Shown here one piece after another: positions 1 to 7,811 of a stretch of 21,125 nt of DNA. The DNA comes from Myxococcota bacterium (GTDB taxonomy: Bacteria > Myxococcota > XYA12-FULL-58-9 > JALHOP01), in contig JBGGMJ010000084.1 in the NCBI GenBank assembly GCA_041288095.1, positions 1 to 21,125 of the forward strand, read 5' to 3'. Made by a program: the position numbers and the translations under genes. Within the stretch, counting starts at the first letter, position 1, and every line of letters begins with the position of its first letter. Below the pieces are notes generated by a model that worked only from the letters and a program-made list of their open reading frames with translations, was not told the DNA's origin and did not search any database.

Positions 1-1839
1 GGTGAGCAGGGCGGCACGCAGGCGAAGATGGTCTTCGTCGGCTTCTTCGTCGGCCTCGTCTATTCGGTGCTGAACCTCATCAACAGGCTTTGGGCGGACG
101 TCTCCGCGTTCAGCATCACCTTCTGGGGCCGCTTGAAGGGCGGTTCGGTCGCCTTCGAAGTGTCGCCACCGATGCTCGGCGTCGGCTACATCATCGGACC
201 GCGCGTGGCCTCCAACATGATGGCGGGCGGCGTGCTCGCCTTCTTGGTGCTCGTGCCGCTGATTCACTTGTTCGGCGACGGCATGACCGCGCCGCTCTAT
301 CCCGAGGCGAAGCGGCTCATCAGCTCGATGACGCCCGGCCAGATCCGCAACACGTACATCCTCTACATCGGCGCCGGCGCGGTCGCGACCAGCGGCTTCA
401 TCGCCTTGGCGCGGTCGCTCCCAACCATCATTGGCGCGTTCAAGGGTGGCCTTGCGAGCATGAGGGCCGGCCGCGCCGGTGCGCCCGTGGTTGCGGCGCC
501 CAAGCGGACCGAGCGTGACCTCCCCATCATGCTGGTGCTCGGCGGCTCGGCCGTCCTCATCATGGTCATCTGGCTCGCGCCGGTGCTCGAGATCAACCTG
601 CTCTCGGCGGTGCTCATCCTCATGTTCGGTTTCTTCTTCGTCACCGTCTCGAGCCGCATCACCGGCGAGATTGGCTCGTCGTCGAACCCGATCTCCGGCA
701 TGACCGTCGCGACCTTGCTCATCACTTGTGGCCTGTTCGTGCTCATCGGTTGGACCGGCGTCGACTACAAGCCGATGGCGCTGACAACGGCGGCGCTGGT
801 GTGCGTCGCGGCGTCGAACGGCGGCACCATCTCGCAGGACTTGAAGACCGGCTTCCTCATCGGTGCGACGCCGAAGTACCAGCAGATCGCCATCGCGGTC
901 GGAGTCGTCGTCAGCGCCGTCGTCATCGGCTTCGTGCTGTTGCTCCTGAACCAGGGCCACACCACCTACAAGCCGGTGAGCATCCCCGGTGTCACCGTCG
1001 ACGTCTCGCGCGACGCGATGGCGACCGGTCCAGACGGCAAGAGCTACCACGTGCATTACGTGCGCGAGGAGATGGCCGGTGTCGACCGCGGCAAGTATCT
1101 CGTCGACGAGAGCGGCGCCTTGCAGTTCCTCGTCGACCCCGGCGTCTGCGGCACCTTCCCGTTTCGCCTCGAGGAGAAAAACTTCGCGGGCGCGGCGTTG
1201 ACCGTTCCAGCGGACGCTCCGACCGAGCTCGGCATCGACCATCAGAGCTACCGCGTCGTCGATCTCAAGGAAGGCGAGGGCGCCGTGCCGGCGGGCCGTT
1301 ACCTCACGACGGAGACTGGCGAGGTGCACTACGTCGCCGCCGACCTGTGGAAGTTCGACGCGCCGAAGGCGCAGCTCTTTCGCCTCATCATCGACGGCAC
1401 GCTCGGCGGCAAACTGCCGTGGGGCCTCGTGCTCATCGGCGTGTTCTTCGCGCTGCTCTGCGAGCTCCTGGGGCTCGGCAACTCGTCGCTCGCCTTCGCG
1501 GTCGGTCTCTACCTGCCGATCTCGACCTCGGCCGGCATCTTCGCGGGCGGCATCGTCCGCTGGCTCGTCGATCGCAAGCGCAAGGACATCTCGGCCGCCG
1601 AAGCGGAGTTCTCGCCGGGCGTCCTCATGGCCTCGGGCCTCATCGCGGGTGGCGCCATTGCCGGTGTCATCCAGTCGGTGATCACCTTCTACGAGAAGGA
1701 CAATGCCTTCGACATGAGCGGCCTGCTCGGAGGCCTGGCGCGCAATCACGATTGGTGGCCGATGGCCATGTTCCTCGTGATGGCGGGGGCGCTGTACTGG
1801 GTCGGCGTCAAGCGCGAGAAGCCGGCGACCAAGGCCTAA
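1..1839 (+). CDS. OPT (oligopeptide transporter)/YSL-like family membrane transporter, 5'-truncated by the window edge
   Basis: Frame is open from base 1 (GEQGGTQAKMVF...), so the ATG at 28 is internal. Many TM helices and OPT motifs: 'LGVGYIIG', 'GEIGSSSNPISGMTVATL', 'SQDLKTGFLIGATPKYQQIA', 'APKAQLF', 'LAFAVGLYLP', 'GVLMASGLIAGGA'. Stop TAA 1837-1839. Confidence 0.93.
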   Translation, partial: GEQGGTQAKMVFVGFFVGLVYSVLNLINRLWADVSAFSITFWGRLKGGSVAFEVSPPMLGVGYIIGPRVASNMMAGGVLAFLVLVPLIHLFGDGMTAPLYPEAKRLISSMTPGQIRNTYILYIGAGAVATSGFIALARSLPTIIGAFKGGLASMRAGRAGAPVVAAPKRTERDLPIMLVLGGSAVLIMVIWLAPVLEINLLSAVLILMFGFFFVTVSSRITGEIGSSSNPISGMTVATLLITCGLFVLIGWTGVDYKPMALTTAALVCVAASNGGTISQDLKTGFLIGATPKYQQIAIAVGVVVSAVVIGFVLLLLNQGHTTYKPVSIPGVTVDVSRDAMATGPDGKSYHVHYVREEMAGVDRGKYLVDESGALQFLVDPGVCGTFPFRLEEKNFAGAALTVPADAPTELGIDHQSYRVVDLKEGEGAVPAGRYLTTETGEVHYVAADLWKFDAPKAQLFRLIIDGTLGGKLPWGLVLIGVFFALLCELLGLGNSSLAFAVGLYLPISTSAGIFAGGIVRWLVDRKRKDISAAEAEFSPGVLMASGLIAGGAIAGVIQSVITFYEKDNAFDMSGLLGGLARNHDWWPMAMFLVMAGALYWVGVKREKPATKA

Positions 1840-1842
1840 CGG

Positions 1843-3768
1843 CTAGGGAGCCGTCGGCGGGCATACGCAGCTCGGGGTTGGCTCCAGCTCGACGTCGGGT
1901 GGTGTCTCGAGCGCCGCCAGCTCGGCTGGGCTCAGGCGTGCGCCGGCGCGCCACTGCTCGGCGCCTTTGGGATCGTTCTGTTGCCATGCGGCGTACATGC
2001 GCGCGCGCATCGCATCGCGCGACGTCGCGTCACCGATCTGCTGGACGTAGCCCATCGCCGTCTCGGGATCGTCGTAGAGCGTGTTCTCGCTGAGCTGCTC
2101 GTAGGCCGTGTCGCGGTTCTTGCCGCGTGGAAGACTGCTCGCCCAGGCCGCGGCGCGGCGTGGGTCGTTGGCCGCCCAGGCGCTCACCGCTTGATCGAAA
2201 GTACCTTCGCCGCGTCCCCCGTGTTGCATGGCCCACTCGACGGCCGCTTGCGGATCACTCGACGCCCAGGTGAGCGCGAGGTCGCGCTTGGTCGCCTCGT
2301 CGCCGCGGGACTCCACCCATGCCGCCGCCGCCACGGGGTCGTTCTCCGCCCAAGTGGCCGCGATCATGCTCGACGCTTGCTGCTTGGCCTCGCCTTCGGG
2401 CAGGCGCTCGACCCAGCGCACGGCCGCCTGCGGGTCGACATCGGCCCAGGAGCGCGCGATCTCCCCGGCGGCGCGTCGCAGCGCGGGCGCGTCCTCGAGC
2501 TCGGTGAGGGCATCGGCGGCGGCCATCGGATTGGTCCGCCCGAGCGAGCCAATGACGCTGGCGATGACTTCGTCTTTCTCGCGTCCGGGAGGAAGATCCT
2601 GCGCGGATTTCCACGCGAGCTCGGGCTCGCGGTCCGCCCAAGCGGAGATGACGCTCGCCATGTTGCGGCCGCGGTGCTTGGGATCGTCGATGGACTTGGC
2701 GAGATCGAGCGCGCTTGCCGGGTCGTCATATTGCAGGCCGCCGACCAAACCCTCGAGCGCCAAGGTGCGGTCGTTGTCATCGAGGCCGAGTGCCCAGCGC
2801 TTGGCTGCTTCGCGATCCTGTCCGGCCCAGCGGATGGCCAGGGTGCCGATGATGCCGTCACGGTCCTTGCCGTCGTCGAGCTTGGCGATGTAGCCGGCCG
2901 CGAGGTCCGGGCGCTCGACAGCGACCGAGCTGAACGCGGTTTGCAGGACGTCGCCCATGCCGCGCTCGGCGTTGTGCTTCACCGCCCAGTCGAGCGCCGC
3001 GGCCGCGTCTTTTTCCACCCACTCCGTCATGATGGACTCGACGGCCTGGTTGCGGTTCTTGCCTTCCGGCATGGTCATGGCCGCTTTGAGCGCGCCGTCG
3101 AGGTCGTTTCTCGCCCAGGTCGCGTAGATGACGCGCGACTCCGCGTTGGCGTTGGTCGGCGGCAGGGTGGCCGCCATCTGCAGGGCGCGCTTCGGATCGA
3201 CCAGCGCCGTGGCGCTGAGCACGACTTCGCTACATTGAGTGCGCAGAGGCCCCTGGGGCAGACCGTCGACGAACTTCGACGCGGCGGTCAGATCGGCTTG
3301 CGCCCAGGCATGGAACGTCGAGGACACGCCGAGCATCTGCAGCGTCACGTCCTTGAGTGCTGCGCTGTAGCGGACGGCCGCCTCGGGGTCGCCCTCGGAC
3401 CACATGCCGAGCACGGTCAGGTACAAGCCCTGGATGGCGCTGTCGTGGGCGAGGGGCGCGAGCTTGGGAGCAAGCTCGGGGCTATCGGCCGTCTCGATGT
3501 GCGGAATGATGTCGCGGACCGCTTCGGCGCGCTTCGTCATGCTGGGGAGCCGCGACAGCTCGTTCACCGCTTGCATGACCCGCTCGACGGTCCAAAGCTC
3601 GGGCGGAGCTTCGGTCGGTGTGCCGTCGGGTCCAAGCACGGGCGGCGCCCGCCAGCGGCTCGCGTGAGCCGCACCCGCCTCGCGAACGATCTTACGCATC
3701 GGCCAGAGGAAATGGCCGGCGACGAAGCCTACCGCGAGCGCGGCTGCGGCGAGGACGACGTGCTTCAT
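1843..3768 (-). CDS. Membrane-anchored or secreted alpha-helical repeat protein (~16 copies of a ~31-aa W-x3-D-P-x-A-A-x2-W unit), function unknown
   Basis: Start moved from the ORF-track 3981 (which overlaps the divergent peptidase) to ATG 3768, which opens a hydrophobic signal/anchor MKHVVLAAAALAVGFVAGHFLWP; 641 aa. Visible repeats include WSEGDPEAAVRY, WAQADLTAASKF, WADVDPQAAVRW, WAENDPVAAAAW, WASSDPQAAVEW, WAANDPRRAAAW, WQQNDPKGAEQW. Confidence 0.8.
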   Translation of the reverse strand: MKHVVLAAAALAVGFVAGHFLWPMRKIVREAGAAHASRWRAPPVLGPDGTPTEAPPELWTVERVMQAVNELSRLPSMTKRAEAVRDIIPHIETADSPELAPKLAPLAHDSAIQGLYLTVLGMWSEGDPEAAVRYSAALKDVTLQMLGVSSTFHAWAQADLTAASKFVDGLPQGPLRTQCSEVVLSATALVDPKRALQMAATLPPTNANAESRVIYATWARNDLDGALKAAMTMPEGKNRNQAVESIMTEWVEKDAAAALDWAVKHNAERGMGDVLQTAFSSVAVERPDLAAGYIAKLDDGKDRDGIIGTLAIRWAGQDREAAKRWALGLDDNDRTLALEGLVGGLQYDDPASALDLAKSIDDPKHRGRNMASVISAWADREPELAWKSAQDLPPGREKDEVIASVIGSLGRTNPMAAADALTELEDAPALRRAAGEIARSWADVDPQAAVRWVERLPEGEAKQQASSMIAATWAENDPVAAAAWVESRGDEATKRDLALTWASSDPQAAVEWAMQHGGRGEGTFDQAVSAWAANDPRRAAAWASSLPRGKNRDTAYEQLSENTLYDDPETAMGYVQQIGDATSRDAMRARMYAAWQQNDPKGAEQWRAGARLSPAELAALETPPDVELEPTPSCVCPPTAP

Positions 3769-3777
3769 GCTCGAGGG

Positions 3778-3786
3778 ACGATAACA
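3778..3786 (-). promoter_or_regulatory. Putative extended -10 element (TGtTATCGT) for the repeat-protein gene
   Basis: Minus strand reads gTGtTATCGTccctcgagcATG: a TGn-TAnnnT match 9 nt upstream of the ATG at 3768, with no Shine-Dalgarno in between. Confidence 0.4.
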
Positions 3787-3838
3787 CGGCGGAGCACGCT
3801 TGACTCCTGTCGCGACGGCGGCCCAGATCCGGACCGCG

Positions 3839-5485
3839 ATGATGAATATTCTACTGCCGCTAGCGTTGCTTGCCGCGCCCGATGCCGGGGCACTGAACAA
3901 GATGTCCTCCCGTTTCGCTCCCGTCGAGCTGAAGGTCGACGTGAGCGCGCTACCGGCCAGCGAGCGCGCCGTGATCGGCAAGCTGGTACAGGCCTCGCGG
4001 ATCGTCGACGCGTTGTTCTTGCGTCAGGTTTGGGCTGGCAACAGCGGCTTGTTGCTCGAGCTGATGCGCGACACGTCCGCCGCGGGCAAAGCGCGCCTCG
4101 ACTACTTCTTGCTCAACAAGGGGCCGTGGTCGCGTCTCGACAACGAGGCCGCTTTCGTCGACGGGGTGGGGCAGAAACCGCACTCGGCGACCTTCTATCC
4201 GTCACGGGCGACCAAGGAAGAGATCGAAGCCTGGCACAAGGTGCTGCCCGACGCCGAGAAGCGCGCCGCCCAGGGCTTCTTCACGACGATTCGCCGGCTG
4301 CCAAACGGCAAGCTCACGAGCATTCCCTACAGCGTCGAGTACCAACCCGAGCTGCAGCAGATCGCAACGCTCCTCACGCAGGCCGCCGATCTCACGACGC
4401 AGCCGTCGTTGAAGAACTATCTGACGACCCGTGCCACCGCGTTGCTCTCGAACGACTACTACGCGAGCGACGTTGCCTGGATGGAGCTCGATGCCAGCGT
4501 CGAGCCGACGATCGGTCCGTACGAGGTCTACGAAGACGGCTGGTTCAACGCCAAAGCGGCGTTCGAGTCGTTCGTGACCGTGCGCGACGACGCCGAGACG
4601 GCGAAGCTCGCCAAGCTCTCCGGTGAGCTGCAAGGGCTCGAGAACGAGCTGCCGATCGACGCCAAGTACAGGAACCCGAAGCTCGGCGCGCTCGCGCCCA
4701 TTCGTGTGGTGAACTCGGTCTTCGGCGCCGGCGATGCGAATCGCGGCGTGCAGACCGCTGCCTTCAACCTCCCCAACGACGAGCGCGTCACCAAGGAGAA
4801 GGGCGCCAAGCGCGTCATGCTCAAGAACGTGCAGGAGGCGAAGTTCGCCAAGGTGCTCACGCCCATCGCGAAGATCGCGCTCGCATCGAATGACCGCTCG
4901 CGCGTCGCCTTCGATGCGTTCTTCACGCACATCTTGATGCACGAGCTGATGCACGGCCTGGGGCCGCACGACATCCAGGTAAACGGCAAGGCATCGACGG
5001 TGCGCGCCGAGCTCAAGGAGCTCTACAGTCCCATCGAGGAGGCTAAAGCGGATGTCTCGGGTCTTTGGGCCATGCAAAAGCTCATCGACAAGGGCGCGCT
5101 GCCGAAGGAGCTCGAGCGCACGATGTACGTCACGTACCTCGCGTCGAGCTTCCGCTCGGTGCGCTTCGGCTTGAGCGAGGCGCACGGCAAGGGCGTCGCC
5201 ATGCAGCTCAACGTCTTGCAAGACGCCGGTGCCTTTATCGTGAAGGGCAATGCGTTCACGATCGACGACACCAAGATCAAGGACGCCGTGCGGGATCTGA
5301 CGACCAAGTTGATGACGATTCAGGCCACCGGAGACCGGGCCGCCGCGGCCGCGCTCCTCGAGAAGCAGGCGGTCATCCGCCCCGAGGTGAAGAAGGTGCT
5401 CGACCAGCTCGCCGCCGTCCCGGTCGACATCGCGCCGAAGTTCGTCACCGCCGAGAAGCTGGTCGCCGAGGCAACGCCGAAGTGA
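3839..5485 (+). CDS. Secreted Zn-dependent peptidase, M49 (dipeptidyl peptidase III-like) family, HEXXH variant
   Basis: Start ATG 3839 or 3842 with a short signal-like segment MMNILLPLALLAAPDAGA. Motifs 'IGPYEVYED', 'AAFNLPNDERV..EKG.K.VMLKNV.EAKF', 'HELMHGLGP', 'EEAKAD' (third Zn-ligand motif), 'FRSVRFG..EAHGKG'. Confidence 0.88.
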   Translation: MMNILLPLALLAAPDAGALNKMSSRFAPVELKVDVSALPASERAVIGKLVQASRIVDALFLRQVWAGNSGLLLELMRDTSAAGKARLDYFLLNKGPWSRLDNEAAFVDGVGQKPHSATFYPSRATKEEIEAWHKVLPDAEKRAAQGFFTTIRRLPNGKLTSIPYSVEYQPELQQIATLLTQAADLTTQPSLKNYLTTRATALLSNDYYASDVAWMELDASVEPTIGPYEVYEDGWFNAKAAFESFVTVRDDAETAKLAKLSGELQGLENELPIDAKYRNPKLGALAPIRVVNSVFGAGDANRGVQTAAFNLPNDERVTKEKGAKRVMLKNVQEAKFAKVLTPIAKIALASNDRSRVAFDAFFTHILMHELMHGLGPHDIQVNGKASTVRAELKELYSPIEEAKADVSGLWAMQKLIDKGALPKELERTMYVTYLASSFRSVRFGLSEAHGKGVAMQLNVLQDAGAFIVKGNAFTIDDTKIKDAVRDLTTKLMTIQATGDRAAAAALLEKQAVIRPEVKKVLDQLAAVPVDIAPKFVTAEKLVAEATPK

Positions 5486-7011
5486 TCTACGGGAACGCGC
5501 GCCTGTGGCTCGGGGGCCGTGCGTTCACACCAGGTACGCTGGTCGTCGAGGATGGGGTGATTCGCGCCATCGAAAGGGCGGGCGCGCGCGCCGATATCGA
5601 TCTCGGTGGAGCCTGCGTCGTCCCTGGTCTCATCGACGCGCACTTCCATCTGCAACAGACGGGCGCGGCGCTACGGACGGTGCAGCTCGCCGGCGCCGGC
5701 AGCGAAGAGGATGCGGCGGCGCTCATCGCGACGGCGGCGGCGGCGCTGCCCGCCGACAGCTGGGTCATCGGCGGCGCCTGGGACGACAACCTGTGGCCGC
5801 AGCGGCGGCTGCCCACGCTTGCGAGCGTGCGCGCGGTCGCGCAGCCGATGGTCATGACCCGTGTCGACTTCCACGCGGTTTGGGTGAACGCCGAAGCGCT
5901 CGCCCGCGCCGGCATCACGCGTGACACGCCCGACCCGGTGGGTGGTCGCATCGTCCGGGACGCGTCTGGCGAGCCGACGGGAGTGCTCGTCGATGCCGCT
6001 TGCGACCTCGTTAGCAAGCACATTCCGCTTGAGCGGACGGAGACACTCGAGCAAGACGTGCGTCTCGCTTTGCGGCGCTGCGCGCGCGTGGGGCTCACGT
6101 GCGTCCACGACATGATGATGAGCCCGGAGGTGCTGCGTATCCTGCAAAGCCTCGAGGCCGCCGGAGAGCTCACCCTGCGTGTGCGGGCGTACATGTTCGG
6201 CGCCCAGCCCGAGGTCGACGAGCTCCTGCGTCACCCGGCGAGCAGCGACCGCTTGCGCGTCGTCGGGCGCAAGCTCTTCGCCGACGGCGCCCTCGGCTCG
6301 CGCGGCGCCGCCTTGCGCGCTCCCTACAGCGACGACCCATCGACCAGTGGCTTGCTCATGATGAGCCAAGAGGAGCTCACCGCCGCCGCGGCGCGCGCGC
6401 ATGCCCTCGGACGGCAGGTCGCGATTCACGCCATCGGCGACCGCGCCGCCGAGCTCGCGGCCACGGCCATCGTCGAAGCACAGGGCGCGCCGGCGGATCG
6501 CCGCCACCGCATCGAGCACGCGCAAACGCTGACGCCGTCGCTCTTCGAGGTGTTTGCTAAAGCGGGCATCATCGCCAGCATGCAGCCTTCGCACTGCACC
6601 TGTGACCTCGGCTGGGCGGTGGCGCGTCTCGGGCCGGCACGCATCCAGGGCGCCTACGCCTGGCGCAGCTTCCTCGACGCCGGCGTGCGTCTCGCTTTGG
6701 GCTCGGACGCCCCGATTGCCAGCGAAAATCCTTGGGACGGCATTCGCTCCGCAGTGGTCCGCACCGACGGGCATGGCGCGACGCTCACGCCCGAGCAGCG
6801 GCTGACCCTGGAAGAGGCGCTCGCGGGCTACACCAGCGGGGCGGCGTTCGCGGCGCACGACGGCGGCTTGGGGGAGCTCGCCCCAGGAAAGCTCGCCGAC
6901 TTCGTGGTCCTCGACCGCGACCCGTTCGCGGTGGAGGTCGAAGACTTGGCGAAGGTCGGAACCCTCCGCACCGTCGTCGGCGGTGTTACAGTGTTCGAGC
7001 AGGACGCATGA
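5482..7011 (+). CDS. Metal-dependent amidohydrolase, YtcJ-like (Amidohydro_3)
   Basis: GTG start at 5482 overlaps the upstream TGA (GTGA). Metal-ligand motifs 'PGLIDAHFH', 'KLFADGALGSRGAAL', 'HAIGD', 'RHRIEHAQ', 'GSDAP' and C-terminal 'G.LAPGKLADFVVLDRD'. Confidence 0.92.
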   Translation: MIYGNARLWLGGRAFTPGTLVVEDGVIRAIERAGARADIDLGGACVVPGLIDAHFHLQQTGAALRTVQLAGAGSEEDAAALIATAAAALPADSWVIGGAWDDNLWPQRRLPTLASVRAVAQPMVMTRVDFHAVWVNAEALARAGITRDTPDPVGGRIVRDASGEPTGVLVDAACDLVSKHIPLERTETLEQDVRLALRRCARVGLTCVHDMMMSPEVLRILQSLEAAGELTLRVRAYMFGAQPEVDELLRHPASSDRLRVVGRKLFADGALGSRGAALRAPYSDDPSTSGLLMMSQEELTAAAARAHALGRQVAIHAIGDRAAELAATAIVEAQGAPADRRHRIEHAQTLTPSLFEVFAKAGIIASMQPSHCTCDLGWAVARLGPARIQGAYAWRSFLDAGVRLALGSDAPIASENPWDGIRSAVVRTDGHGATLTPEQRLTLEEALAGYTSGAAFAAHDGGLGELAPGKLADFVVLDRDPFAVEVEDLAKVGTLRTVVGGVTVFEQDA

Positions 7012-7811
7012 TGCCGATCGCTTTGTTCGCCGTTGCCATCGCCACGACCACCGCGGGTGTCGCCGCTGGTTGGGTCGCCATCGGCTACGGTGCACACTGG
7101 CGCGCCACCGCGAGCGGACGTCCTAAGCTCGGCAAGTATTTGCGCGCCTTCGGCCCCGAGTGGATCTCGACCATCCGCACCTGGGTCGGCTACCCGAGCG
7201 CGTTGACGCCGGTCGGCCCCTTCGCGCCGTTCGTTCCAGCCGGCGGTCCGCCCATAGCGCTCATTCACGGCTACATGATGAATCGCAGCTCGATGGCGTG
7301 GATCGGCAAGCAACTGCGCGCGCGTGGCTACGGCAACGTCACCAGCCTAGAGGCTCGCCCACACGCCGCGACCATGGAGGTGCAAGCCGACGCGCTGGCG
7401 CACGATATCCGCCGTTGGTCCGAGCACGCGGGCGGGGCCAAGGTCATCGTCGTCGCGCACAGCCAGGGCGGATTGCTGACGCGGGTCGCGCTATCGAAGG
7501 ACCCGACGCTGCCGATCTCGGGCGTCGTCACCATTGGCTCACCGCACGCAGGCACGGTGATGGCGCGGGTCGCTCGCACCGCGAACGCCAAGCAGATGCG
7601 CTACGGGTCCGAGTTCTTGCGCGACTTGCCGAAGGCCGAAGTGCCGTTCGTCTCGATCTACTCGGACCTCGACAACATCGTCTTTCCCAAGGAGACGTCG
7701 CGGTTCGGCCGCTGCGTCGAGCTACCAGGCATCGGCCATCACGCGCTGTGCTTCAGCCCCGAGGTCTTGTCGGCGGTCGTCGAGGCGTTCTCCGACTTTC
7801 GCTTGTCGTAG
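7008..7811 (+). CDS. Alpha/beta-hydrolase (lipase/esterase-like) with N-terminal membrane anchor
   Basis: ATG 7008 overlaps the upstream TGA (ATGA). Hydrophobic N-terminus, oxyanion motif 'LIHGY', nucleophile elbow 'AHSQGG', 'TIGSPHAGT', Asp in 'SDLDNIV', His in 'GIGHH'. Confidence 0.88.
   Translation: MMPIALFAVAIATTTAGVAAGWVAIGYGAHWRATASGRPKLGKYLRAFGPEWISTIRTWVGYPSALTPVGPFAPFVPAGGPPIALIHGYMMNRSSMAWIGKQLRARGYGNVTSLEARPHAATMEVQADALAHDIRRWSEHAGGAKVIVVAHSQGGLLTRVALSKDPTLPISGVVTIGSPHAGTVMARVARTANAKQMRYGSEFLRDLPKAEVPFVSIYSDLDNIVFPKETSRFGRCVELPGIGHHALCFSPEVLSAVVEAFSDFRLS

Noticed and set aside
1981..4626. 881-aa plus-strand ORF (also 726..2093)
   Set aside because: Arg/Gly-rich shadow frames overlapping well-supported genes; expected from stop-codon scarcity in high-GC DNA.
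5065..5481. N-terminal extensions of the amidohydrolase (from 5065) and hydrolase (from 6732) suggesting fusions or frameshifts
   Set aside because: Arg-rich out-of-frame overlap with the upstream genes; GTGA and ATGA coupled starts explain the junctions.
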